Shown here piece after piece: positions 11,667 to 25,174 of a DNA stretch of 64,000 bases. The notes below the pieces were generated by a model that made no database searches, was not told the DNA's origin, and saw only the letters and a program-made list of their open reading frames with translations. The position numbers and the translations under genes are program-made. Numbering within the stretch: the first letter of the stretch is position 1; every line of letters begins with the position of its first letter. The stretch is taken from contig CP075493.1 in the NCBI GenBank assembly GCA_021613535.1, positions 682,001-746,000 on the forward strand. Reading direction: 5' to 3'. The DNA comes from Adineta vaga. Taxonomy: Eukaryota > Animalia > Rotifera.

Positions 11667-12545
11667 TTAATCAAAAAATAGATTTAATCCAATCATATCT
11701 TTTGTTTTTTCATGAATAATTTCATTTAATTTTTGAATTTGTTCATTATTCATTTCAGTTTTCCATTGTCCATGATGACCTTTTCTTACAAGTGTCATTG
11801 GATGATTTTCTGCATTTGGATGTTCAGGATGTTTTGCAAAATATTCATTTCTTGCATTATCATAATTTTCTTTCATATAATTAAATGATGAATGATATAA
11901 AATCTTTTCAATAACATTATCAGTAAGTTCAATATGAAGAAATTTTCCAATTTGTTGAATAATATTTCTTAAATCTTTTTTCATTTGTTCAAATGAAATA
12001 ATTAAAACATTTTCTTCATCTTTATGTGACCACATTGCTTTTAAAAATTCAAAATAATCACCAAATAAAGCTTGACCATTAATAAATTTTTGAAAAAAAT
12101 TTTCAAAATTTGAATCAAAATAATCTGAATTAACTCCATTAATAAAATATTGATATGCCGATATACAAACATCTTTGGCATTACGAATAATACAAATATA
12201 TTTCGATTGTTTATTATATGGAACATAATCAAAACGATAATGAGTTTTTATTGAACCTGGTCGTTTCATATTTTTAACATCTTCTTGACCAGATCGATCA
12301 AGAAATGGAGTTTGTTTTATATAATAATCAATATCATCAATAAATGATTGTCCATTATTAAGAATACCAAATACAATTGTTTCCATCCATGTTGTTCCTG
12401 ATTTTGGATATGTTACAATGAATATATCATTCGATTGAGCTTTATATCGAAGACCGGAACGATATTTTTCTATTTCATAATGTTTTGGAACAGGAACTGC
12501 ATTAACACGTTCATCTTCATCTTCAATACGGTCATATGTTGACAT
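11667..12545 (-). CDS. Cytosolic sulfotransferase (SULT, Sulfotransfer_1), single exon
   Basis: TYPKSGTTW (5'-PSB), IKTH, RNAKDVCIS (3'-PB), RKGHHGQWK; 292 aa. Confidence 0.92.
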   Translation of the reverse strand: MSTYDRIEDEDERVNAVPVPKHYEIEKYRSGLRYKAQSNDIFIVTYPKSGTTWMETIVFGILNNGQSFIDDIDYYIKQTPFLDRSGQEDVKNMKRPGSIKTHYRFDYVPYNKQSKYICIIRNAKDVCISAYQYFINGVNSDYFDSNFENFFQKFINGQALFGDYFEFLKAMWSHKDEENVLIISFEQMKKDLRNIIQQIGKFLHIELTDNVIEKILYHSSFNYMKENYDNARNEYFAKHPEHPNAENHPMTLVRKGHHGQWKTEMNNEQIQKLNEIIHEKTKDMIGLNLFFD

Positions 12546-12598
12546 TATTTTAAGTTTATGAAATAAAATTGATTTTTAATGAAAAGAAGAAGAAGAAT

Positions 12599-12660
12599 GG
12601 CGGGCGGACAATTCATCGCAGACTATTCATCGCGCGGACAATTCGACGCAATTGTGTTAT
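12599..12660. repeat. Isolated MULE/MITE-like terminus
   Basis: GC-rich ggcgggcggacaattcatcgc followed by tandem gacaattcatcgc-like units in an AT-rich context; no partner end found. Confidence 0.4.
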
Positions 12661-13963
12661 AATTGGTTAACATTGAAAATTTCTCTCTTATTGGTTGACA
12701 TCGATACAAATGTAATTCGATTGATAAGGAAATTACACCATTATCAACAATTCTGTTAGTAATATCAAGTGAAACAGAATTTAAAATATGAAAAGAATTT
12801 GTTAGACAGATTTTAAAAGTAAAACATTATTCTAACAGACAAAAAGGTTCATTTATTTGAAATATGAAGTGGTTTTTCAATGTCGTCTATCGCGTAGAGA
12901 TTCAAGCAAACTTTAGCTCTACAAACATATTCTGCAAATAAACTGATGATCTTTATCATAGTTCATATTATTCAATTATCGTTTTGTCGCAAAATCTTAT
13001 TTCTCAACGTTTGACTATGTTCGTAAAATCTAGCTATTCTACGAAAAAGTTATATAGATATATTCTGGAAGAGGAGACTTTAGTACATCTTTCTATATCA
13101 AATAAAATCAATCTCGTTTTTATTTTTACATTTGATATAATAATAAACAAATTTCAAGAAGCACTTAAAATTCGATGATAATTCAAATGGAATGATATAT
13201 GAATCAAATAGTTTAACCCACTCGCCATATTGGGTTCCACCGGTGGGATCCATCCTATTTTAACAAAATACTTAATAAAAAAAAACATTTTCTTCTCTTT
13301 TATTCTTAACTAAAAGGTCACACGAAATGCACCATCTACTCTACCACGCTATTGTTTGAATTATTTGTTGAGTAGTATGATGCTTATTGCGTAGTTTTTC
13401 TTGTATATCAAGTAGGTATTTACCATAACTACTGAATCCGACGTTCTTTTTATCTTTCTACATAATTGATTGTACCTGCTAACCGTACGATATGAAAGAA
13501 CGCAAAGATACAGTTCTTTTTAACGATCTATTAAAGCGTAACATTGAATCACGTTATTTCTTTTTCTTCTGAAGAAACACGACTATTAATGTTAAAATAC
13601 ATATTTAGATTCGAATAAATCAACTAATCATCTCTTAACATCATGATGAAAGGTCAACTTTGATAAAAATGATCACAATCGAATTCGTACGATGTTTTAA
13701 AACTTTGAAAAAAAAGTATTTTGACATCCTCTTTGTAACCGATAGGAATGGTACAATAAAGGGATTACTATATAACCGTCTTCAAACATAGTAGTAACAT
13801 TAAATGTCGTTGTTGTCATCATTCGTTTGCGTTTTTTTTCTCTCTCTACTGATAAGAATAAGGAATCAAGTCAGTCTATTTTGCTTCTAAACCACGTTGT
13901 ACGATTTTTGAGTAGGGTTTTGTTTTTTTAATATTCTTTCGAAATTTTTTTACCAATAATCAA

Positions 13964-16218
13964 ATGATGACATCGAATAATAATATTTCTGGTAAGAATA
14001 AAAATTTCTATTATGAAAAAGAAGACTTCATTCTAATTTATTTCTAATAGTTTCTCTCGATTCTAATCTGAGTTTACGAGAAACAACTCATGAAACTTAT
14101 ATGATTGATAATTCATCTAAAGTGGGCAAATATGACCGAGCAGCAATAGCTATTGATAATGCAATCTGTTCAAAAATAGGACGTCAAATATTAGAAAAAA
14201 ATGGAACAACAATTGATGCTGCTTTAGCTGCAGCGATTTGTAATAGTGTTATGAATGCACATTCAATGAGTATTGGAGGTGGATGTGTTATGGTTATTTA
14301 TTCTCAGTATGATTTTATTGGAAAAATTCATTAGAATCGATCATTTCTTTTCTTTTTCATTTTAGAAAAAGAGGAAAGGCTTATAGTCTTGTTGGAGTAT
14401 GTTAAAGAATAAGAATTACTGAATTGATTTTAACTTTATCTATTTATACAGCGAGAAAAAGCACCGTTAGCATCAAATGCAACTATGTTTATTGGTAAAG
14501 AACATATGTCTTCTACGGGTAAGTGTAGAATCAAAATTGTTTTGATCATGATGTTCATTTTCTCGATAAACGATTTCAGGTGGTTTAGCCATTGCTGTAC
14601 CAGGTGAATTACGTGCTTATCGTAAAGCATGGAAAGAATTTGGTGGTGGTGTATCTTGGAATGATTTATTTCAACCAACAATTCAATTATGTAAAGATGG
14701 TATTCCAATTAGTTCTGCATTAGCATCAGCAATTCAACAAAATCAACAAATCATTCTTAATGATCCGACAATGAAGTTATAATAATCTATTTTTATATAA
14801 ATTTGAAAAAAATCCTTGTTTTTTTGTTAAATATAGAGAGCTTTTTGTAAAAGATAAAAATACGAATGAATTGTATGGTGTTGGTGATACGATGAAACAT
14901 ATGAAATTAGCAAAAACATTGGAAATTATTGCAGAACAAGGTGATGATGCTTTTTACAGTGGTGTACTTTCTGATACAATTATCAAAGAAATTCAAGATC
15001 AAGGTGGAATCATTACAAAAGAAGATCTTTCTAATTATGATGTTGACTTTCGTGAAGCACATAGTGTTCAACTCAATAATTCAACAATAGCTTTTACTAC
15101 TCATGCTCCATCGAGTGGACCAATTCTTACATTTATCTTAAATATTTTAGAAGGTTATCATTTCTCTGAAAATGATTTAGAAGATTCAACAACAGCTGCT
15201 TTATTTTATCATCGTCTTATTGAAACATTCAAATTTGCTTATGCTAAACGTAGTGAACTTACTGATCCACAAATAACAGATATTACAAAGGTATGTCAAA
15301 AACAATCTCTTATTTCGTTTGAAATTTTATCCTCTTTAGTTAATTGCTGATCTAACATCGACAACATATGCTACAGATATAAGAGAAAGAATCAAGTGAT
15401 CTTACATTCTTTGAATATATGTTTATATCTATTTATCTTTCTATTAGTGATGAGAAAACATATGATCCTGAATATTATGGTGGAATATGGTTTGATAAAA
15501 GTAAAACAGGTACTGCTCATTTATCATTAGTTGGACCTGATGGTGATGCTATTGCATTTACATCAACTATAAATCATTAGTAAATATTTTTATATTTTAT
15601 AATTTTACATATAAAAAATAATTATTTTTGATTTAATAGTTTTGGTTCAAAAGTACTTGGTTCACAAACGGGTATATTCTATAACAATCAAATGGATAGT
15701 TTTTCAACACCAAATACATCAAATCTATTTGGAGTACCTGCAAGTCCAGCCAATTATATTGTGCCGGGAAAACGACCCGTTTCATCAATGTCACCATTAA
15801 TTCTTTGGGATAGTGAGAAACAACATGTATTACAAATAGTTGGTGGTAGTGGTGGACCACGAATAACAACGAGTGTTGCTCAAGTATCTTTACGAAATTC
15901 GTTATTTAAACAAAATATTAAGATGTCGATTGATTCATTTCGATTACATACACAATTATTACCTCAAGAAATTATAGTTGAACAAGGTTTTGATGATGTA
16001 TGTATTCAAATAATACATTTCATATTTCGATGAATATATATATATATATATATATATTATTACAGGATATAGTAAATCAACTGAAAAAACGTGGTCATAA
16101 TATCGTCTTTAGTGCTTCTATTGGTTCTGCTGTGCAAGGTATTGAATGGAAAGAAGAACTAAATCAATTTTGGGCTAATTGTGATAGACGTAAAGGTGGT
16201 GCACCTGATGGATTCTAA
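13964..16218 (+). CDS. ggt: Gamma-glutamyltranspeptidase (GGT), multi-exon; 5' end uncertain
   Basis: Exons splice in frame and contain SMSIGGG, REKAP, AVPGELR, the GTAHLS autocatalytic Thr, TSTIN, PGKRPVSSMSP, GGSGG and C-terminal DRRKGGAPDGF. Confidence 0.9.
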
Positions 16219-16228
16219 TAATTGTTTT

Positions 16229-18210
16229 TCAACGAACCCAATTCATGAATTTGAGAAAAGTGACAATTAAAACAGTAGTTTTTTTTACAATATCCAGGTT
16301 TCTTCCAAAAGCCACCAATTTAAAATGATCTAAAGGTAAAGTACTTTGCACAATGTTCACAGCACGTCGAAATAATACCAGAGCTTTTGAATGCTCTCCA
16401 ATTCTATAATAAATAATACTGATATTGTTTAGAAGAGTTGCTAAATTAGGATGATTTGGAGAAAGGACTCGTTGTTCTATTACTAGAGCTTTTTCATAAT
16501 ACGAAAGCGCTTTGATGTACTCACTTATTTCTGAATAGATACAAGCAATATTTTGATAGGGAATAAGCGCTAAATCCAGATGATCTAACGGGAGAATCTG
16601 ATGATAAATATTATTTACTTTTGTATAATATAATAGTGCTTTAGAATGTTCGTGCATTTTGAAATACATCAAACCAATGTTATTTAACGGTGCACCTAAA
16701 CTCTGATGATTCAAAGGCAAAGTTTCCATAAAGATTCAAAGTGATTTCTTGTAATATGAAAGTGCTTTGGAATAATCACGTATGTGCTGATACAAATCAC
16801 CGACACATATATTTTATGAAGTCAGGATGTTTTGAAGGAAGTATTTTTTGTCGAATTGAAAGGGCGTTTTGGAAACACTGAAGAGCTTTGACATACTCTT
16901 TCATTTTAGAATGCAAAACACCGATATTATTGTGAGACATGGCCAAATCATGATGATCCGAAGGAAGATATATCTCTCGAATTTCAAGAGCTTTTTGATG
17001 ATAGACAGCGGCCTTTGAGTATTCATTCATATATGCATACACACTACCGACATTATTATAACACATCGCTAATTGAATATAATTTGGACGAAGAGTTTGT
17101 TCTTCGATTGCTATTGCCTTTTCATAAAATACAAGTGCATCTCTATATTCTCTTGTTTTGCGAAAGTAATTTGATGATAAATATGTCCTCTTTTACGATC
17201 ATTGTCATTGTTCAATGTTAAATCCACCTGAAAGACATCGTTATATCCCTCGATTGGTTGAATATCACAAATGTGAAATATGGTTTGCATGGAAAAAAGA
17301 ATTTCGTCTTCTAAAAACTGACTGATTTGATTAATATGAACAAATAGAGTAGACGATTTTGAAGGATCAATTTTCAAGACAAACAATATATACCTACACA
17401 ATTCGGATTGTTCTGGTTGCTTTCAGCATACGCAAAAGAGACTGCACGATCTTTCGTGGTACTTAAAAGGTTAATAAATAACAATAATCCACCTTTTGTT
17501 TGCATAATTAAGTTGGCTGAAATTTGTTTTAGACGTACCCTGACCACGATACAACGTAAAAAATTGATTAGATTGATGACTACAAAATTTTACATTGTAT
17601 ATTTGTTCAATTTGATGATGAAGATCAAAAATAAAAAAAAAGCATTTGAATGAGAACATTAATATCCATAGATCGAAGAGAAGAATTGAGCATTGAATAT
17701 AAAAATCGTTCACGCATATACCATCATCAAATTGGTGTTTTATTATGATAGATTAGTTCAACGTTCCGAATGTTAATCAATTCCAATTAATTATCAACAA
17801 AAACATTCCGAGAATAATTAATAAATTCTTTATCATATTTTTCTGAATTCTCACAAACGATAACGATGGTATGAAGTTGAGAAACATTATGAATTAGAGG
17901 AATAATAATTCGATTTAAAACTTCAGAGATTATCATAAAGATTTTTCCATAATCAATATTCGTAAGAAAATCAATGCATTTATCAACATCAGTGAAAATA
18001 TGAGTATCATTAATAATAGATCGTAGTTGAGTAAAATGTATCTTCGTCTATACTCTCAACATTATTATCTAACCGTAATAAATGTAAATTTTCAATCATA
18101 GATATATTGGTTTTATCTAACATAACTGTATCTGATGAGAAACCGATTATTTCTTCCATTTTTTCTATATTATTGAAATTGCTATTTGTGTTAGTATCTT
18201 GTTTGTCCAT
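16229..18210 (-). pseudogene. Decayed ADP-ribosyltransferase-like + TPR-repeat gene
   Basis: Fragments LYRGQG, LSTTKDR and EDEILFSM (R-S-E ART signature), followed by 42-aa TPR_12-type repeats (HPNLATLLNNI). Split over several frames by frameshifts and stops. Confidence 0.75.
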
Positions 18211-19031
18211 TATGTTTTATTGATACTATCAATTGGAATAAGTGCACATTTGAAGCAAAATTGAATTCAAAAAATGTTTCGTCTTTTCTCTTTGTACGTT
18301 AATACTATGATATCAAACGAAGAGATATATCACATGGTTTCATCACTTCAATACATTACCATTATCTTGTATACACCTACAAAGAGAATCTGACTCATCA
18401 GTATGTTTAACTGTTATATTCATATGAAATAAAAACTATGTCAAAGAGAAAGTCTTTCTTTCTTTCTTTCTTTTTTATTTTGATTAAATGTTTCATGAAT
18501 AATTAAACTCATTATAAGAAAAAAAAGGTAAAAGAAAGAGTAAACATCTACACCTCTTAAATGTCAGGATAAGTTTGTATAAATGAGAATGTTAGATTTG
18601 TTCGAATTAATATTCGCAATTAACTTCAGATAGAATTCAAGAAATTATTTTTACAATTTCACTATGTACATCTATTTTGTTCAAATATATATTCTAATAG
18701 ATAATAGAGAAACACGTTCATCAAGCATATTTGACGTGATTATTTTCTATTTTAGAAATATATTCTTTTTCAAATGTGGGGGCGGATGAGAAAAATATTC
18801 GAATCATTTTCTCGTATATATAAATTTGTTAGATCAATTCGTGTCACGATTTGCACATCACACAGAGAATACCTGTCTTCCACAATTCGAGAGTATAGTG
18901 AGTCGGCACAACGAGCATTGCTTATTGTTTTCTATAAACACATTCTTCTTACGTGTTATTTTCATTGTTATCTCTATGAAAAGATAAAGAATGAGTATTG
19001 TGAATTAATATATAAATATTATTAAATTAAA

Positions 19032-20080
19032 ATGACATTTGGTATTCATAATATTATTGGTATTCATCGTCTTCATAATAGACAAAAAGATTATTCAAAT
19101 CCATTAATATTTAAATCGTATAAACAATGGTCATCTTGGCAACAAAAACTATTTGATTATTTTATTTGGTGTCATTTAGATCGTGCAGGAGAATTTATTG
19201 TTACACTTTTTTGTTGGTTTTGTTTATTTCCATTGACATTTCATCAAGCAAATCAATGGCATTGGCAATGGGTATCGAAAGTTTTTCTATTTAATATCAT
19301 TTGTGAATTTGTTACATATTCATTTTGGCATTGGATGACACATGCTCGTCAAAGTCCATATCCTCATGGACCATTACATGAAAAGAAATTTAATCCAATG
19401 AATCCTTAATGAAGAAAAAGGAAAAAATCATTTATTAAGAGAAATAACATATACGACATTTGGTTGGTTACAATCATCTTTTCTTCAATGTATTTTTATG
19501 TGGTTATGGGCTAGTAAACGATTATCTTATTATAATGATTTTTGGTCTCGACCATTGTTTTCAATATTTATTCTATTATTAATTACTTATTGGAGTGCAT
19601 TTCATTTCTATTGGGTAAGTTAAATTCTTTTTACTTATCTTTATTTTTCTAATAAAATATATTTAGATGCATCGTTTAATGCATCCATGGTGGTCAATTC
19701 GATATGGAATTCGACAAGGTGATTTAGGTGCATTTCTTTATCGTCATTTTCATAGTCTTCATCATCGTAGTCATAATCCTGGTCCTTGGTCTGGTTTATC
19801 TATGCATCCAGTTGAACATTTCTTTTATTATACACGTGTTTATTTTCCTCTTCTTTTTTCTTGTCATCCAATTCATTTTCTTTTTGCAAAATTTCAAGCT
19901 GATATTGGACCCATCAGTGGACATGATGGTCATGATGCTCCAGCGGGTGGTGCAGCATTTCATTATTTACATCATGCTTTTTTTGAATGTAATTATGGTG
20001 TTCCGTTAATTAATTTTGATCGACTTTTTGGTACTTACAGAGAATATGTTAGAAAACCCACTACTAGTACACATCAATAG
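19032..20080 (+). CDS. Fatty acid hydroxylase / sterol desaturase family protein, 2 exons, with one +1 frameshift near 19407
   Basis: His boxes HRLMH, HSLHH, HYLHH and motif PGPWSGLSMHPVEH. Intron 19615-19666. One extra base in aatcctTAATgaa creates the TAA; the shifted frame is open up to the donor. Confidence 0.8.
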
Positions 20081-20851
20081 ATTTTCGGATAATGATGAAG
20101 AGTGATGAATTGACTAAAAACATGTGCATATCTTTTTTTATTTTGTATATTTCATTAATTAGAAAACTTTTAAATAGGAAATACTAATATTTATTATAAT
20201 TGAGGGTGTGATTCTGTGCAGGTATTCTACAGTCAACATAAATATAAGAAATGGTATATTGTAATACATACTTGTATGCAAATATATGTATTAGTATAAA
20301 CGTTTTTCCTTTGTTTGAGGAAATATTGATATGAAAAGAAATAACATTGATTTGTTTGTTTGTTTGTTTAGCAAAGGGCAGCAAATAAATTTTGAGAAGC
20401 TGTAATCTCAGACAATCGGATGTTTTTTCCAAATCTTTCTCTAGATCAAAAGTAAATCCTTTAGTTGGGATGAAATCCAGATTAGGAGAGTGATTCTAAG
20501 ACCTACAATAATATTCATTCTCAGTCCCATTCATAAGTTCACTCTTAATTGTTCTTTTTCTTTTAAACACAATACAGATACTATCAGTGATTTTCGGCGA
20601 AAAACGCACGTTTAAAGAAGAAATGAATTCAAAGAAAGTTTGCGCAATAATCGATTTTTTTTTCGGTAATGCGAACAGAATTTTGTCACATGTAATAACA
20701 AGAAATACATTTACATAAATAAACTTCAACATTTCTTCTTTCGGTTTTCTTCAAGAAAAAAGGTACAAATAGTCGTATTTAAATGCACAACGTCTGCTGG
20801 AATAAACATATTTTACCATAAAGATCAGACTCTTCCTCTCAGTTTGTATAC

Positions 20852-21180
20852 TGTAAGTTTTCTTGTTGTATAACTTCGTGAGTTCTGTTTATTCGTTAAC
20901 AAGGTGAAAATAATAACAATAAGAAAGTAGGAAGAGAAAGATAAGAGAGATAAGAGAGAAGATAAGAACAGATGGCGTAGGTGTTTGTATGCGTCCATAT
21001 GAAAATACATGCGCGTATTTATACTGGTCAGTTTCCATGACTCATGTCATCATGCGTCATGATTACATGATGCAAGAGATAGAAGATATCATATACATCT
21101 GACATCATGAGTCATGATAACATATGAACATTTGACATGTGTCATATGATTGAACTGATGCAATGTTTTTCATATTAACA
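20852..21180 (-). repeat. 3' LTR
   Basis: Direct repeat of 25175-25503. Confidence 0.97.
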
Positions 21181-21198
21181 CCTCTGCCTTTAAAATTG

Positions 21199-23630
21199 TT
21201 ACGACGGTGCATAACGATCAGGTGGTCGCCGTTGCCGCCGTGGGTAACGGGGTGATTGTTGAGGTGTTTGTTGTTGATCAGAAGTTGTTGGGTTGTTGTA
21301 GTTCAAAAGATCATCTGGTAAAGCATCTAAATCAATTGATTGGTTGTCTGGTTCTTGACGTAATCGAAGTTGATTTTGATGTCGCACACAAGTGTGTCCA
21401 TTTTGCAATTCAATTTGATACATCATTGAACCTATTCTTTTCTTGATAACTCCTGATTTCCATTCAAATTTTTTGTTCTGTTTGTGGTTCATCACCCAAA
21501 TTTCTTGTTCAAGATCATATTTGCTTATTTGTGTTGGTTTTGATTTTGTTAAATTTGGATGTAGTCGTGCAAGATCCGTTCGAATTGGTCTTTGAAAAAG
21601 TGCTTCAGCTGGAGCAATACCAGTTGTTGTATGAGGTGTCCAACGATAGGTTCGTAAAACATTTCGTAATGCAACTGATTTATTTGTTTGACCTGATTGT
21701 TGTTCCTTGATCATACCTTCCTTGAAAGATCTAACAAATCTTTCAGCAATTCCATTGCTAGGAGGATGGTACGGTGCTGTGGTGATACTTTGTATTCCAT
21801 ACTTGTTATAAAATTCATTCATTTCGAAACTGGTAAATGGTGGTCCATTATCCGATACCAATGTTGTCGGTGGACCTAACCAATCGATGGCTTGTTCGAG
21901 TACATTGTAAAGATTCTTTGCACTTGTATCATTTCCCATATCTGCAACAAAAGGAAATTTTGATTTTGCATCAACCATTACCAACCATTTCGAGTTCCAA
22001 AGAGGTCCAAGAAAATCCATGTGCACACGAGACCAATTATGTTCAGGTTCTGGCCATGGTTTGAAATCTTCTTTTGGTTTAGGTGCTGCTGCTGCACATA
22101 TTTTACATGACTTAGCCATGTTTTCGATATCCATTTCCATCTTTGGCCACCAGCAATGAACACGTGCTAATTGTTTCATTTTGATAACACCAAGATGTCC
22201 ACGATGAATCATTTGTATAACACGATGTCGTAATGATTTTGGTATGACTACTTGTGTATCCTTCAAGATACATCCATGTGCTACTGATAATGATTTCCGT
22301 ATTGTAAAATATGGAAAAAGATCAGGATTGTTTTTCTTTGACATTGATTTCGGCCATGTATTCAATAAAAATTTTTTAATCAGATGAAGATGTTCATCTG
22401 CAGCTACAGCTGCTTGAATTTTCTTTGAATCAACAGGACCATCTTCAATAACTTGAGCTTGAATTCGGTTGACTTGAACGGATTCATCATCAACAAATGA
22501 TTTATCTTCACCAGCAGGTAACCTTGACAAACCATCAGCATTACCATGTTGTTGTGTAGGTTTGTATCTAATCGTATAATTGTAACCCATCAATGCAATG
22601 GACCATCTTGAAAGACGATTTGCAGTTGTTATTGATATACCTTTTGCTGGATTAAAGATTGCCAGTAAAGGTCTATGATCAGTTACCAATTCGAAAGACT
22701 TTGCTGCCAGATATTGGTGGAATTTTCTTATTCCATATACGATGGAAAGTGCTTCTTTCTCTATCTGGCTGTAATTTCTTTCAGCTGGATTGAGAGTTTT
22801 CGATGCGTGTGCGATGGGTTTTTCAGTTCCATCGGCGTATCTGTGCATCAATACAGCTCCAATTCCATAACTGCTTGCATCTGTTGCGAGAATTAATGGG
22901 AGTTTTTGATCGAAGTGCACCAGCATAGTTGTTTCTTCCAATTGCTTTTTTAAGGTGTCAAAAGCTTTTTGACATGAACTATCCCATTTCCATTTTACAT
23001 TGTTTTGTCTTAATCGATTCAATGGAGCACAAAGATGCGAGAAATTTGCAATGAATTTCCCATAATAGTTAATTTTTCCGATGAAAGCTTCAACTTGTTT
23101 CACATCAGTTGGTGTTGGTAAATTTTTAATTGCTACAACTCGAGTAGGATCGGGTTGTTTACCACTTGAATTGATTATATAACCAAGATAGACCACTTCA
23201 TCTTGGAAAAATGAACACTTTTCCATGTTACACCGAAGACCAAAATCGGCCAGTTTTGCCAAAACCAAATCCAATGTTACCAAATGTTCTTTTTCATCTT
23301 TTCCAGTGATTAATATGTCGTCTAAGTATGCTATACTGTTTGGCACACCAGCAAGAACTTGATCAACTATGCGCTGGAAGATCGCAGGCGCATTTGAGAT
23401 GCCAAAAGGCATCCGATTGTACTTGAACAGGCCCAATGGTGTGTTTATAACCACCAATTCTTTGCTGCTGTCATCGAGTTCGACTTGAAGATATGCATCT
23501 GTCAAGTCTAATTTTGTAAATTTTTCACCATTATTGAGTCGGGTAAGAAGTTCATCAATTGGTGGTATAGGATGTTGATCCACGAGCATTTGTGAATTGA
23601 TGGTTACCTTGAAATCTCCGCAGATGCGGA
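21199..23630 (-). CDS. pol: Pol: reverse transcriptase, RNase H, integrase
   Basis: MPFG, YLDD, ATDASSYG, EKEALS, HHCC zinc finger, and integrase DDE (HMDF, SDNGPPF, AERF). The frame extends upstream as IRICGDFK. Confidence 0.95.
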
Positions 23631-25112
23631 TTTTCCTGAAGGTTTACGAACTGGAACTATTGGTGCTGCCCATTGTGAAATGTCAATTTTCTCCAAAATT
23701 CCATTTGTTACATTTCTTTGTATTTCTTCCTTCACTCCATCTAAATATGCGAATGGTAAAGGACGTGGTTTGAAGAATTTCGGTACAGCATTGGGAACCA
23801 GTTGTATATGTGCTTTGACTTTTGTACAATGACCTAAGTCCTTGTTGAATACTTGTTTGTGCTTGTTCAGGATCTCGTTCAGTTTCACCTGACTATACAC
23901 CTTGTTCACCTGTTGACTTGTGCCGTTTGTACCATAAAGCAATCCATTCAAATCTATTTTCATTGATGAAATCCATCGAAGACCAAGAAGCGGTGTTCTT
24001 GTTCGTTTGATTACCACCATTGTGAGATTGAAAACTTGTTTGTTATAGTGTACATGGACATCACATTCACCTTGAATATCCAGTTGTTTACCACTATAAC
24101 ATTCTAGTTTCAATGAAGTTGTACGAATTGTTGGTGAACCAAGTTGTTTCCAATCATTTGTACTAATAATTGTATGATCAGAACCTGTATCTACATCAAG
24201 AGTAAAATCTTGACCATTTATCCGAAGTGACATTGACAATTGTGTCGAGTTGGATTTGTTCCATTTCACACGTTTCAACTGGTGCGTGGTTGAATTTTGT
24301 TTTGGTATATACTTTCCATTCTTCTTCTTCTGACATACTCGTTCCAAATGACCAGTTCTTTTGCAGAAATTACAAGTAAATGTACGATATTTGCATTCAC
24401 TACGTGGATGCGCTGTTGATCCACATGATTGGCAAGAATCAGATGTGGTTGCTGAAGATGATTTTCCATTCGGGGATGGATATTGACTTGTTGATTTCTT
24501 CTGTTGTAACTTGGCCACTATTGGAAGATTTGTATTGTTCGATGTATTGAATTGTCGGACGTCTTGTTCAAGACGTTCTGCTACTTGTATAATTCTTTCA
24601 GCAGCAGCAAGATCAGGATCCTCTTCCTTGAGAAGAGCTTGTCTTATTTTTGGATTGTTCACTCCAATAACATAGGCATCTCGCAATGCACGATCTTGAG
24701 GACGATCTTTTAATTTTGATGAATTAAAACCACAATGACGCATTTTTTCACAAAGTTCGGCTTTCCATTCGGAAAATGGTTGACCTGGTTTTTGATGACA
24801 TGAATAAAATTCATACGTTGCTGTCATAATATTTCTTGTTGCATCATAATGTGAATCTAATTTTTTAATTAGATCAACGAATTTAACATATTCATCGGTC
24901 AGGAGAGCAGGTGCCATTAATGATTCTAACAAACCATAAGTTGAATCACCAACTGACCATAGGAATAAAGCTTTCTTATCGTCATTGTCAACGATCTTGT
25001 TGGCTCTGAAATAGAAGTTAATTCTATCCCGGTATGATTGCCATGTTGAGTTTCGATGATCAAATGAGTGAAGTGCTGGAATTGTTGAGAAATTCGTTGC
25101 TGCTGTTGTCAT
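23604..25112 (-). CDS. gag: Gag-protease plus RT N-terminus
   Basis: Two zinc knuckles (CQSCGSTAHPRSEC, CNFCKRTGHLERVC), aspartic protease DVDTGS, RT start WAAPIVPV. Confidence 0.93.
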   Translation of the reverse strand: MTTAATNFSTIPALHSFDHRNSTWQSYRDRINFYFRANKIVDNDDKKALFLWSVGDSTYGLLESLMAPALLTDEYVKFVDLIKKLDSHYDATRNIMTATYEFYSCHQKPGQPFSEWKAELCEKMRHCGFNSSKLKDRPQDRALRDAYVIGVNNPKIRQALLKEEDPDLAAAERIIQVAERLEQDVRQFNTSNNTNLPIVAKLQQKKSTSQYPSPNGKSSSATTSDSCQSCGSTAHPRSECKYRTFTCNFCKRTGHLERVCQKKKNGKYIPKQNSTTHQLKRVKWNKSNSTQLSMSLRINGQDFTLDVDTGSDHTIISTNDWKQLGSPTIRTTSLKLECYSGKQLDIQGECDVHVHYNKQVFNLTMVVIKRTRTPLLGLRWISSMKIDLNGLLYGTNGTSQQVNKVYSQVKLNEILNKHKQVFNKDLGHCTKVKAHIQLVPNAVPKFFKPRPLPFAYLDGVKEEIQRNVTNGILEKIDISQWAAPIVPVRKPSGKSASAEISR

Positions 25113-25174
25113 TGTAATTATTTGCTTGTCAGAATAAACGTAGTTGTTGAAAAAAAATATATCTCGTCGCCAAT

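Noticed and set aside
13213-13260. piggyBac-like end (TTAA-CCC...)
   Set aside because: No matching GGG-TTAA end or transposase found in the window.
23610-23640. Programmed -1 frameshift between gag and pol (GGAAAAT followed by the TCCGCA-TC-TGCGGA hairpin)
   Set aside because: The heptamer is out of phase for X XXY YYZ slippage, the site is inside RT, and Mag elements usually have one ORF; a single-base deletion is simpler.
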